NCBI GenBank assembly: GCA_964036045.1
Contig: OZ038378.1
Coordinates: forward strand, 21,886,001 to 21,950,000
DNA: 64,000 bases
Source: Eutreptiella sp. 'Long Island Sound 2002'
Lineage: Eukaryota > Protista > Euglenida
Reading direction: 5' to 3'
Numbering within the stretch: position 1 is the first letter of the stretch; each line of letters begins with the position of its first letter. Shown one piece after another: positions 24,792-37,995 of the stretch. The notes beneath the pieces were generated by a model that was given only the letters and a program-made list of their open reading frames with translations, was not told the origin of the DNA and did no database searches. A program made the translations under genes and the position numbers.

Positions 24792-27700
24792 TGCGCCCCA
24801 TCCTCGGCGAGTACCGCGGCACGGCCACTAGGCGCGTTCCAAAATGTGCGGAAACAACACTTTGTGTTGTCCTGACAAGGGTGTTGTTCTAGCAAGGGGG
24901 AGCAAAGCAACAATGGAGAGAGATCACGGGTATGGCCAAGGCGGATGCAGCAACACAACAGAACAATTTGATTTTGACAAGCCCAAACTCCTCTAGCACT
25001 TGGGAGCCTGGTGTCCTCTAGTGGTGACACAGCACTGGGTAGTCGTGCCATTATGAGGAGGTGAATGAGATACATGGGACTGACTGGTCATGTGCGATCA
25101 AAAGCGAGCCACATTTTCCATTTCATCACACACTTTGCTGATGGTTTTCTCAATGCCACAGCATCCCCAAGGGTCGCTAAGCGTCCCCAACTATCCCCAA
25201 ATGTCCCCACTTGGGCCTAAATATTTGCCCTGCACGCACTAAGTGCGGCAATGTAACCTCCATCACAGCATGTGCCAGAGGCAACAGCACATGTCCAGGC
25301 AATATTCCCAACATTGTCAATGCACCCCAAAACCTTGAAAATATTCTTCAGACACCAGGGGTTTATGAGGGGACTCAAAATTCCCTAGACCCATGGGTTC
25401 TAGCCATTTGCACTGTGCACGTGTGCACACGTGCACACAAGAATCTATTCTTGGACCTCCTCCATGGCACTCTTGAACAATGCACACAGAATATCACTCC
25501 ACAGCCCTTTTGTACATCATCCATGCCAGCACATCCACAGTACCAACCATGATATAGTTAGTCGAAGTGACGCTCCATGTGGTGTCCCCATTAACGAACA
25601 GTGGGTGTGCAAGCGCATGCACAAGTCACTCAAGCAGTCACACATCAAGGCAGGGCTTTAGTTTGTGACATACAGTTCAATGTACAATGTAGACAGGCGG
25701 AGATATGCACAACACAATGAAATCCTGCCACCTCTATGATTCTATGAAGCGGTGTGCACGATCGAGGGGGTAAGGGTTACCCTGTTCCAGGTAAAGGGTC
25801 AATGTTTTGATGAATAGATGTCCACATTTCACAGGACATCCATGATTATTCAGGGAATGGGATGCCTCCACTGGTGGGGGAGGGCGCCACCCCCAAGCCC
25901 ACCCTGCAGCCTTTTTGCCAAGGGCAGCCCCCACATTTTGAAGCCCAGAAAAAGTGCATGAACGTGTGTGGGTAGCGGTCCCAAAATGCAAAACAAGTGG
26001 TGCTCTCTGATCCGCTGTGCACTACATGAAGTGGTTGCGCTCTTTGTAAGTACGAGGCTTACAACAGACAGAAAGCCACACAGTCAGTTTAAATGGGGCT
26101 AATCTGCAGGCAGCACATTGTAGACCACTTTGAAAGCCCAAAGCGAGGATGACCCCCCTTCGGCTGGTCTCCCTCTGCATGACAGCAAACATCTGTCATG
26201 CACTGCTGTCTAGTTGCTGCACGAAGAGCAATGGATGGAGTGTTGTTTGTATCGAGCATCGAACGAATTCTCTTTCTGGTATAGCAACTCCTCATCCTGC
26301 GGCGGGGATGCCTCTTACAAGTGTGGGGGGGTGGGGGTCTGCCAAGATTCCGCAGAGCATGTTGACAAATTGGCTAGGGACAGCTCCATGTCTCCCTTGG
26401 CGTTGTCGTGGTATTGCCTTGCAGAACTATAAATATAATCTCTGGCCAGGAAAAAGGCACTGTGCTCCGAAAAAGTCCCTGAACAGCACTGCGGATGCAA
26501 ATCAACACTTCGGCCCACACATCTGCATGACAATGCCAGCCCTGTGTACACCAAAGGCTACACAGGCATTGCAAAGAGGGTGGCTGCCTGACTGCATCTG
26601 GAGGAAAACTGGTATCACGACATTCATCTGCTGGGGCCATTGACTTTGTTGCACCACATCTTTGGTTAGAGTAGAAATGGATACATTTGCAGCAGATTTC
26701 CATGATTTGCTACGGCTTGGAATGGGACTTGTGTGCCTTGATGCACATTTGGGCACACGGAAGCAATGGTCCATTTCAGGGTACCATATCCTGAGCATGT
26801 ACGCCATACCGTCGTGCGTAGGCAAGGGGTTCAAACAACAGATGGTGTTTGTTTCCGGGACTTCTAGGGCATTTTCCATTGCCCATGGGATGGGGCCGGG
26901 GGGTCACTGCCCCCGCGTGGGTCAGCGTGGTGAACCTGCTTGGCGTCTACCCATCAACAAAAGCAGGTGTCATTGCACGGAGCACATTCTTGGGCACCCC
27001 AGCACCTCAAGACGAAAGCCGAAGAGCGGAGTGCAGAAGGAGGGAACATGTGGACCAGTGAGGCCTGCTAATCACCCACTTTCCCGGATGCGCTGAGAAG
27101 TGTGGCGTGCCCAAATCAATCACAGCATTGGATCAGCAAATTGCCCCATGCCCCATCAGTGGCCTCATCAGGCATGTGCCACTCTCCAATGGCAAAAGAC
27201 CCCCGCACGTGAACATCCGTGTAACCCCCCCCCCCCCCGTGCACATGTTGCACTTCACCTGCCGTCAACTAGGCCAAAGGGGGACGAATGGTCAGATATA
27301 GCCACCGTTTCCGCCCCTGCGGCGCAGCAAAGGCCCCAGAAAGGGTTTGGCTGACAAATGAGGAAATGCTGATGGGGCAGCTGCCGAAAAAAGACGATGA
27401 ATCAAAAAACAGGTGGAAAGCAGGATGAGGGATGAACATTGGCCAGACCGAGGGTACAAGAGCACCGGACGAGGAGTAAACAATGACCAAGCAAGCAAAA
27501 GAGGACACAGTGAAAGGAGGATGGTCAGCAAGAAAGTGCCTGACGATGTGAGGTCCTGGCGCTGGCCAACGGTGGCATTTGCTAGCCCCTCTACAGTCCT
27601 CGGGAACGCCAACAAATGTCTCGGAGGATCACCAAACGGTAGAAGAACGAGAACCCGCAATCTTTGACGGCCAAAAAATGGCACCGCCTATGGCTCAGTT

Positions 27701-28243
27701 TTGGTTCCTGAGCAGCCGTTTTTGCCAAACAAGAGCGACCCAAAGCCGCCCAATCCTCAGATTTGCATCTCCGGCAGCCCACGTGATATGCCTAGGCACG
27801 TGGTGTCCCCAGTCCCATAGAGATGATGACTGATGATGTCTTTGGTGCAGGGCCTCAGTGTGAGCCCCCCGCCTCACCCCGTCCCCCAAAATTTGTACAC
27901 ATTGTCGGTGGATCAGCTCCTACAAACAAGTTCCTGTGAGCCACACCGTATATGATACTATAAACCATTCTCACACACACCCGTTGCCCCCGACGGAGAA
28001 CGGTAGTCCAGAGGTTGAGCATTCACCGGGTGCCCGACAGGGACCGCGCTCGAATCCAGTCCTGCCAAACCATCGCATTGCATGCGCAGGCGCAGGCGGA
28101 TGTGCGCTGCACATAGACTGTGACATGGGGTATCGGAGCTTCTTGGCGCAATGCTCTGCCATCGTTGCTGAGGTGCGGCCGAAGTGGAACACACCAAAAC
28201 AGGCGTTTGGGGGCGGGGGCCCTGACTTTGCTGGGGCCCGGCC

Positions 28244-31200
28244 TCAGGACTGCTGCCGGTGCCAGGGCTTCGCCGCGCGGCGCTGTGTCCCGTCGGGCTG
28301 CGGCGCCCGCTTGGGAGGGCTGTGGCGCTGGCAGCAGAAGGACAGCCAGTCCACCAGAGGGAACCCCTTGGCTTTGAGGTGCAGGACCCAGAACAGCCGG
28401 ATGCCGAGGAAGCCCCAGAAATCGACGCAACCCGTGTTATTGGTGTCCGCCTGCGGGTGTGTGGATGTGGAGGCACCAGAGGCGTAGATGGGCATCGGAC
28501 TTGTGGGCCTACTCCTACACCCCCTTTATGACATGACGCCGGGCCTCTCAGAGTGCAGTAAGCGGCACGACCCCCCACCCCCCATACCCCGTACACAACG
28601 TACCAAGGGAAACAGGGGGGGTGAGGACAGGCCAGTCCGGTAGGTCAAGGGCACTGGGCGGTGAGAGCCAATGGGCACACCGCTACCAACGGAGGGAGAG
28701 GGTTCAAGGAAAGGACAAGGCTCCCCAAAGGCCCCCAAAACCTCCAAAAGTCAGTGCTCGTGACTGCCCTCCCCCCCCCCCACACGCCACGCTGCGCCAT
28801 GGCGCTGCTATGCAGACCCCAGCCAGCCCAAACGGTCTCAAGAGATACCCACCGCTCAGCGGGTGAAGGAAGTCCGGATCCGAACGTAAGGGGCTGCCTG
28901 GGCAGGTACCCATGAGTGCGGGGGTTGGGGGGGGGGGGGGCACGTGACAGTGATGGATCTAATTGGGGGGGTGGGTGTCCCTCCCTCCCCCCCCCCCCGT
29001 TTTGTGACGAGGCGTCACAATACGCGTCACAAAAAAACCCGGTCACAGCCTTTTGGGTGTCACAATATTTTCAGAAAAGCTGTTTTCCCACTATGGCCTA
29101 TTGTATTTTTTGTGACATGTCACAATTCACTACCCCCCCCCCCCCCACCCCCACCCCCTGAGTGGCGCACAAATTAGATCCATCACTGCCACGTGATGCG
29201 GCGACGCGACAGGGTGTCGCACTTGCTGTCGTGTTGTGCCACCTTTCCCCACTCGGCCGGGGGCAGCCATATCCAGTGCGCCGGTGGAGTTGGTTCAGAG
29301 ACTTGCCACCATGACACCGTACCTCCGCAGTATGGCGTGTATTGGGGGGTGGTGGGGTTGTGGCGTATATGGGGGTGCTCAGAGGTGAGTCCGAACCGTG
29401 TGTCAAACCGAGGACGCCTCTATGATATGACGTAGAGGCATTAGGGGTGCCTACAGTTTGGATTTAGATGTGAAGGGACCGCAGCCTCTGCGGGGGGGGG
29501 GGGGGGGCTGATGGCGTCGTGACGACTCTGCACAACCGGCCAGTGCCAGTGGAAGACGTATCCCAGGCAGGGCGGTCCTTAACGGGAAAAAAAAAGTGTT
29601 CCGTTACACAGTTTTCCCAAAAAAGCCCACGGGCACTCCATGTGTTCAACCATGGTTGGTGGAGGTTGGCGGTTGGTGGTTGGCGGCGATTGGCGGTTGG
29701 CAGTTGGCAACTGGCGGTTGGTGGCGGTTGGTGGTCGTTGGCGGCGGTTGGTGGTTGGTGATTGGTTGTTGGTGGCGGTTGGTAGTGGTTGGCGGTTGGT
29801 GGTTGGTCGCCGCTGGCGGTTGGCGGCGGTTGGCGATGGTTGGTGGTTGGCGGTTGGTGGCGGTTGGCGGTTGGTGGGAGTTGGCGGTTGGCAGTTGGAG
29901 GTCCCTTGGGGCGGTCCTTAAGGGCGGTGCTTAACAAAAAAAAAATCTGGTTCCTTCAGGACCACCCAGGGACCGCCCAGTGAGGGGGGGGGAGGGTGAC
30001 CAACACACTACACCGCAGGCCGTCCAGTGGTCACAGCACACACGCATGGCTGCAGCTACACCCAACTCCCGGCCTTCTGCTCGGTGTCTGTCATGTGTGG
30101 CGCTTCAGGAGCAAAGCAACAAATTGCTGGCTTGAACTCCTTGCGGCTGGCGGCTGCCGGCCAACCCCAAAAGACTTCGGTCAGTAGAGAGGGACCACCA
30201 CGTGGCCCATGCGCCATGGACCTTGGTCCGAATCCAGAGGCTTGCAGTAGCTACATGACCGGCACTGCGGCCTGCAAACACCCCTGACCACCCTAAGGTC
30301 GAGTGTTTGGGCCCACCGGTTGACACCGATGGTTGGAACACGCCGGGTCGTGCCCTGGCTTGTCTGCTGTGGTGCTCAGACATACAAGAGGAGGGGGGGG
30401 GATGATTTTGTGGGAAACTTTCGTCCTTAACGTGGCGAATTTTCCCACCCGAACACAGAAGAAAGCAGTGCAGCATGTGCGACCCGTGTCTTGCCACCCT
30501 GCACAGGATGTGGCACTGCAAACTGCTGGGGGCCCTGTTGTTGCAGGACTTGAAGTATCGGAGGAACTATTCTTCAACCCCATTTCTTGGCCTGCTTCTC
30601 GAGCACAGCATGACGACTCGTTGTCCGCGTCTGCAGAGTTTACAAGCTGCGCTAGTTTGTGCTTTGGGGTTTGCAGCGTGGCGAGCTTTTCCCCGGCGGA
30701 AGTGATCCCGCACCCCCCGTAACCCCCCCTCTGTAATCTGGGCGTACCCACTGTCACTTTAATCCATCGGCGCGGTACCTCGGGTTTACACGTCTACGAA
30801 TGGGGCAATTGTGAATAGCAGCCTCACCCTCCCCCCCCTTAACGACATTGTCAGTGTTGGCACATCTATTTTCCGTTTGAGACAAATCAACGCTCGCCAA
30901 TCGCACGACCGCAGTGCCTACAACCTGGAGTGGTACACCGCACGCCCCGACACACAACGAAAGGCAGCGACGGCCACGCCTGCGTGTCTGAAAGCACGCA
31001 GACCACTCGGCAGTCCGTACTGCATCGGAGGGGGTGCGCCCTGCGGTAGAGCAGGGGCTGGGCTGGGGCCTGCTCCCGGACCGGGACACACCTGCCGCAG
31101 CATTTTCTGCAGTTCCACATATGTCACGTCCCAGAGGCCATGTTTGAGCACCCAGTTCCCCAGTTTTGGGAGGGTCAGTATCCCGGAGGCATCCACGTCC

Positions 31201-32001
31201 ACCTCGGCGAAGATGGCACGAGTCTGTGGGAGACAAGTGGCAAAGGGCTGCGGGCCCCACAGGGGGCGGGAAGGGGATGTGGGGAAGGAGGAGGGAGGGA
31301 GGGAGGGAGGAGACGTCAAAAACAGAGTCCTTGAGGCGACTGCACTGCAGAGCGGCTGGTGACTGCACCCATTTCTGGGGCTGGGGTGTTGAGGAAAGAC
31401 ATGTGTTGTCACAGCCGGGGCCGCTCAACCGCAATCCCCCCGTAACGTCGGGAAGGAATAGGTCACACAAAATGTTGACCACTCCCGTTCCCAGGCTTCC
31501 TTGGGGAATTAACCACATGTCCACCGTCCGAGGGGCGGTCTGCCGGCGCCCACCACCTTGGTTGTAGCTCCGGGGGAGAATGTCCTCCCACAGCTCCTCC
31601 TCCTCCTCCAGATCCAGGGCACACAACTTTTCCACAAGCTCCAGCCACGGCACTCTATGACAGAAACAATGAAGAAGAGCGGGAGACACCAACAGCAAAG
31701 TGCCACACCTGAAACCCACGCAACACTTATGACTCGAGTCAGAAATGACAGTCTAATAGCGCAAATAGTGCCCAAACCCAACCCCATCCATGCCCAAGCT
31801 CGAGCTCACCTGCTGCAGAAGGTCCAGTGTAATCTCCACCTCGGCGTACCTGGCCCAGTCAGGCCGAGCCCAATGCACAGTCCGAGCATAAGGGTTGCCG
31901 GCAGCTGGGCCCGGGCTTGTGCCCGTCCGCATGTACTCATGGGCCCTGGCGCGGTACGTGTCCTGCATGAGATTCGCTCGGAAGCGTCCTGAGCTGGTGG
32001 T
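28244..32001 (-). CDS. EF-hand pair protein, partial gene; exons 32001-31810, 31223-31092, 28450-28244
   Basis: Phase-0 GT-AG junctions give ...EITLDLLQQ|TRAIFAEVDVDASGILTLPKL...ELQKMLRQ|ADTNNTGCVDFWGFL...QQS*. Two EF-hand-like loops: DVDASGILT and DTNNTGCVD. A possible upstream exon at ~33120-32940 (donor GTGAGG) is unresolved. Confidence 0.8.
28948..29188. mobile_element. 241-bp hAT-like MITE
   Basis: TIR cagtgatggatctaatt (28948-28964) / aattagatccatcactg (29172-29188), perfect 17 bp. 8-bp TSD gcacgtga / ccacgtga (7/8). Repeated internal GTCACA(A)/TTGTGAC motifs. Confidence 0.85.
29571..29940. repeat. Interspersed element with G/T-rich (GGCGGTT/GGTGGTT) minisatellite core, bracketed by GGCGGTCCTTAA
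   Basis: Core at ~29655-29900. ggcggtccttaa at 29571-29582 and 29910-29921, plus a one-mismatch copy at 29923-29934. The PPTANR-type and W/G/V-rich ORFs here are translation artefacts of the repeat. Confidence 0.8.
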
Positions 32002-33841
32002 CTGCAACCCAACGTCTGGAGGCTGGAGAACAAAAAGGCATAGGCCGGTGTGTAGAGCTGTGGTCTATCATCCATGTGACTGTATGCTCACGCGTACATG
32101 CATACAAATGACATGCATGAATGATCCGACACGTAACCATACACATATAGCCACACCACAAATAGAACACACACACACACACACACACACACAAATCACA
32201 GGTATTATCGAGGATACCGCCAGCAACCACTGCGATCCCTTTCAAGGACCCCCATCCAGGGCCTTGGGGAACTGGCAGAGGGGTGCACCAGACCCATACC
32301 CTCGGAAGGTGAGGGCGACGCTGTGGGGTCACACAAATTGCGTCCTCTGAGTGGGTGACCTGAGTCGTGCCTTTAGGAGTTCTAACACACAACCGTCCAC
32401 GGGCATGGGGGGCATAGTACCTCAACCCCCCCCCTGGAAATCTCCTCCCACTTGTCGTGACACCCCCTCCCCCCCTACGGGGGGGATTGCACCACACCAC
32501 ACAATAGTAGCATGAAAACTGCAGCAGTTCCAGTAAACCCCAAAGAAAATTTGTCTTCGGCGCCTTTGGCGCCTAGTATTTCCTATGCTCTTTGGGCCAA
32601 GTGACGCCTCCCCCCTCCCCCAGGGGGGAAAAAGGGGGGGGGGGCATCTATTATTGTCCATGACCCTGTTGCATATGGGGGCTAGTTGCAGGGTTAGGGA
32701 TCAGCAATGCCTTTCCCAGCCCCTCTCGGCCCTCCCCGTTCTGTGAGGTGCGCTAGAGGGGCCAACAAGAAGAATCGAGTCTTCTCACTAGTTCCTCTGC
32801 CGTGCTTGGAGGCCGATGTTGCCGCCATGCTGGCGTGTGCCGGACTAACCTCCTGGGCTGGTTGACCTACCGCCATGTCCCCTGCCCCCCCACGCAGCGA
32901 GGGGGGGAAAGGGGTCAGCCGCGGGTGTCCGCTGCCTCACCGTCACCGTTAGCGTAGACGGTGATGTCATCTTCCACGCCCCACCGTTGAGGTGGGACAG
33001 AGCGCGGCTGAGATGCCAATGCCGCATCGTACACGGCGGCTGCTGCCTTGTAGCCCTCACTGGCCATTATCTCATTGTCGGCTGTTGGGTCCACTACGTC
33101 GCGTCCACTCAGCGGCAGCAAGCGCCGCGTCTTGCCAATGTTGATCTAAATGCCTGATCTAGATGCCTGGCGAGAGCAAAAGCGCGGCCCCCATGCTCAA
33201 GGGGTATGGTAGGGATGCCGCTCGCATCGAAGGCGGCACCCCCTGAGTCAACACCCAATTTGGGGAATCAGTCAAAAGCATTGATACCGCAGGCAAGGCC
33301 CCTAAAAATCACCTGCAAAGGGGGGGGGGGACTTCAAGGACGGGGTAAGGTATGACCCCAGCCTCCTATCGGCGTGGGGTGAGCCCCTGGTCTCGTGTCC
33401 ACCAGCGATGAGGGGTGAGGGGCTGGAGGTTCGGTGAAAGACCCGAAACACCACAATAGCAGGGGTTGCTATTCCTCTATTGGTCAAGCGCACTGCCTCA
33501 TTGCAGTTGAAGATCATTGCAATTGAAGAGTGCGGGTACGCATTTGGACACTGCTATGGCTAACCATTGCTATACCATGGAAACACCTTTGCATAGACGG
33601 TGCGCAACACAATGAAGCTCCATTACCGGTTGCACACCAGTGTCTTCTTGCGGCTTGGGTGATGGTTCAAGGACTGTGAGCACTGCACTACTAGCTAAGC
33701 CTTCGAAGCACTCACTTGTTCCTGCTTTGCGGGTGGTGCATGTGCAACTAGTACACAATTTCCACTTTAGCAAAGTTATCCTACGCCAAGCGCCACCACC
33801 ACATATGTCTCAGGGTGCACCAATGCAGGGCCGGGACACAT

Positions 33842-33848
33842 ACACACA

Positions 33849-33904
<56 letters not shown>

Positions 33905-33908
33905 CACA
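33842..33908. repeat. (AC)n microsatellite with two interruptions
   Basis: Direct inspection. Similar tracts at 32168-32192, 42779-42810, 60741-60763 and 60847-60935, and (AG)n at ~37448-37473. Confidence 0.95.
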
Positions 33909-36900
33909 ACGAATGCAACAAACACGGCACTAGTCAAAGTGTCCTAAGTGTACTAGGTCTCGTTAGGTGCAGTGTCAAAACAAAAGCAGAAGCATGTTCC
34001 AATACGGCACTATGCGCCTTTCTGCGGTGAAGAGGGAACAGTGGGCAACAACTCTAGTCTGCGGCCGCGAGATCATTCCTTGGTGCAGCTTCCATGGTGT
34101 ACAGACAACAATGTGTCCCTACGTCACAAATAGGGTCAGATTCAACCTGCCCACTACCTCTTCACTAGAAAGACCCCGGACAAGGAATAAACCATCCATG
34201 ATCCCTAGGTTTCTCGTTCACTCCCTGTAATAGTAGTCTCACCACAGCCACAAGTGTGAGCCGGAACTCCCAAATTCACGGATTGTAGAGACGATCACTC
34301 TACCTTCACCACTCTACTTCCTGCTGCCTCGGTGTAGTCTCACAAACATTCAAAAACAACCCGTCACCGGGCCGCTACACACACAAGAGTATCGATCAGG
34401 CTTTTCCAGGAATGCACGGGAGACATCCAAGACCACTATCCGTCCCAAACACCTGTGATACCCTATACCACAATGTTAGGAGCCAGACACCAGCTACTGT
34501 ATGTGCCCTCCCACCAATCGGCATGCCCCTTGAGCCACCGGAGCAGGACAGCCGCCGCATGTGCTCTAGTCATGGGGAGGTGAAAGCTCATGTGATAGAC
34601 AGCCTTTTACGTAGCCTGGACATCATGTGGCGCCGTAGCGTACGCACAAAAAAAGGCCTTCATGCATGCCTTTATGCACAAACGCACACACACACACGTG
34701 CTATGTGATCCTCCTCTATGCACAGCAAAGCAAAGCACAGAGCAGAACATATCCCTCTGTAGCAAGCATGGTGTATGGCGCACCGTAAAATGAGAGAGTA
34801 ACAGAAATGCACAGCCCCAAGTGCAAGAAAACGGTCTCACGAAGGAGTTTAACACCGCCAGAGCGGCCGCCTCCCCATCAGTGCCTTTAGCACTGCACCC
34901 TACCCCGACTCTTCAAGTGCCTTCCACACGCCCCAATCACAGGTCTCAGCGTGCTCCACTCTCTTTTGGTCATCTGTCCCCTGTCAGTGCCCCATGCAAG
35001 AAGACAGCTGTGGCTTAGCCCAGTCATCAATCATTCACTGAAGACACCCTAGCATTGTCTCAAACACACACTGAAAAACTACTCCAAAGGGTGATGTTGC
35101 GGGTGACCCGGCTACGTACGATGACATTCATCGATGACCTTCTGGACATTTTGAGCAGAGCGAAATAGTGTGTGTGTGGAAACTTTTCCTACAGGTTGCA
35201 TATGTGGGACAATGGCTCACGACGCCTGTGGCACGGAGATTGGTCTGGACCTCCTCAACATTTTGACCATCCTTGCGGCAGGGGGGGGGGGGGGCAGTGT
35301 ATGGACCGCAGCTGAGCACAACCCCTGCCTTGTAAGTCCCATGGCAAGGTGGATGCGGAATGGGCAGAAATGGAGACAACGAAGTTGAGAGAAGTAAGAG
35401 GGAGCAGCGACGAAGAAGGGCAACGAGATGAAGCAACAGAGCGGAGTAGAACAGATGGTGGTGAGGCAAGATGAAATATGGGAGGACAGTAGCGAACACA
35501 GATTTATAATTTTCATCATCAGCCAATCGCCTGTTGCTGTTGCTCTTTCATCCTTGCACCGCTATTCTGTTGTTTCTACCGCTCGTTGGCCAGCATTGCT
35601 ACTGCCATACTGTGGTTGCAAACTCTACAGATATGCCTAACGTTTCTGTTTTGCTATCTACTCCCCACTATACCAATGACAATACCGATGAAAATCGACA
35701 TAGCTGTCTTGTATGCCTCAGCAGCATACAGCCCTACCGCAATCATTGCAATACCCTGGAAATCACGGTGTCAACAAGCAACAAGGGTAAAGCCTCATGG
35801 GACAAAGATTTCTGTGCATTGGGTTGCGCACTTCTGCAGAGGAGTTTCCCATCCACATTCAGCTGGAAGCACAGCACCCCAGATGGCCGCCCACAAAAGG
35901 CCCTACAAGGGCTGGCTTGATTCCAATGTTCTGTCCATTTCACTAGAAATCCTGATGCATTGCGGAAATGATGAATTCCCAGGGTTAGGGAGTGCTGTTC
36001 CAGACAAAAATGCAAATGCATTTGCCCATTCCAATAAAACTTCCTCACAATTACTCCAATTTACGCATTCGCGATTGAATTACTCACTTGGAGAAAAGGA
36101 GCAACCAGATCAGCCTCAAATAGCTTGTGCATCACTGATCCTTTCCAACAACGTCTTCAAATGTTTTTGCGTTTGTCCTGGTTTGCTCGCGATTATGCAG
36201 ACTGTGATGATGCTATGGGTGTTCTTACCCAATGATGTTTCGAGGCTGCCCTTGGAGCTGGTACCCCTGAATCACAATTTTCTTCGCGGCCTCTGACGCT
36301 CAACTGCCAATGTCTTTGCTGTTGTTTGCAGTTGAGATCTGTTTGGCAAACAGGTTGACCACAATGCTCGCTCCCCATGGTGCACGCGGTATCCCCAACT
36401 ACCTCCGTTATCCCAATCCCCGCCCTGTATCGGAGAAGAAATCCCAATGTATCGGTGCAATGTATCAGCAAGCTCATTTTTGGCCAAAAGGCTTGCCCTT
36501 TGTCCATACTCGCCTCGTGCTCATTCATAGGCCTGGTTGTTGTGCAATTAGGACCATTTGCAAACCCTGAGAACTTTGAGCTCTTTTTTGGTCAATGATA
36601 CTGGAACCGCTCCTCCAAGGTGGCTGAAAAGGGAAGCCAGGCACCCGGAATGTGAAACTGCTGTCTTGAGATGCCATGTCCCAAGATGTCATGTTCCCAC
36701 TGTGCTCCCACCTGCCTGCCTGAGCCTGCCGTCCATGAGCTGAGCCTGCATTTTGCGCATCTTCACGGCCAACTCCTTCTTGCGGCACAGAACAAGAACA
36801 AACAGGGAGGGCTCCAGCCCAAAACCCTCTCCAACCCCCTGCACTCTTGGCTCCATGGCCCAGTGCCATGTGCACTGGTTGAAACCACCACAGTGCAATC

Positions 36901-37995
36901 AGTGCAACACACGGAGCATTTGGTTATCCTCCAACTCAAATGCACTGCATAGGCCTCCCTCCCACACCATGCCCCACAACTACGAGCACCTGATAGACAG
37001 CACTCTTGTTGGAAGAGACGGCCGACCCTTGGAGGTGCGCTGCCTCCCTTTGGAGGGCGGCATGCAGCGCACTCTTGCGATCAAACCACGTCGGGTCCAG
37101 CACGTCGCTGTCGAGGCCGATGTCTGCGGGTGGACCAACAGTGCAACAACAGGGAACGGCCATGCAGGATCCGCATGGTGAGAGGCATACTCCCATTGCA
37201 CGGCATGGGCACTGCGCAGCTGCACATTACATTCGATAACAGTGATTTTCAATTTGATGGACTATTGGATATCTGCCCCTACCAAGTTCTCACACCCTTC
37301 TCACACCCAAAACCATCCAAAACACTTATAATACATCTTTTTTTGAGTTTTCCACCTTTAAAATCGGAGGTTGGGTCTCTACACCCCTTCTCAAGACCAC
37401 CCAGTGACCCAGCTCCCTGGTAGATACTCTGCCGGAGATATGCCATAGAGAGAGAGAGAGAGAGAAAGAGAGAGATGGTTTGCTTCATCTGCTTTGGTGG
37501 CTTTCGGTAAAAGAATGACCAATTACCATGTATGGATACCAGTGGCTTATGCCCACTGTGCCCGCCTTCCCATCAGAGCCCCCCCTACCATCTAGTGCCT
37601 GTCATGGCTGTCGGCCTATGGGCCAGGTGCACCCCATGGGTGGGGCACGCAAACACGCAAACATGTGCCTTAAGCCCCTGGGGTGCCAGATGCCAGGTTC
37701 AAAGATGAGTTGCCGGGGCGACCCTCGCTGGCAGCCCAGGGGCTTCAGAGGCCATATTGTCAGTGATTGGTTGGCAATCCGAACCCTATCCCCTTCAATG
37801 ATGTGTGCAAAATCATCGTCAGGTACCCTCGGGTCGCTAGGACGGCCGTTTCTGGGTCGTCCCTCCTCCCACAGGGGGGCTGTGATGGGGGGGGGGGGGG
37901 GGGCACAAGCCACAAGCAGGGGAAAAGCAGGGCTCTGAACATAGGCGAGGGCACAGGCAGCACAAGACGAAGCACAGCAGAGGCAGATGCAGGGC

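Noticed and set aside
29464-29983. PPTANR-repeat and Trp/Gly/Val-rich ORFs
   Set aside because: These are translations of a G-rich minisatellite that is open in several frames on both strands.
30754-31719. 321-aa minus-strand ORF, and segment ~31650-31510 (VPWLELVEKL...) as an exon
   Set aside because: The ORF spans introns of the EF-hand gene. The flanking exons join directly in phase 0 and complete an EF-hand helix, whereas this segment has no phase-compatible strong splice sites.
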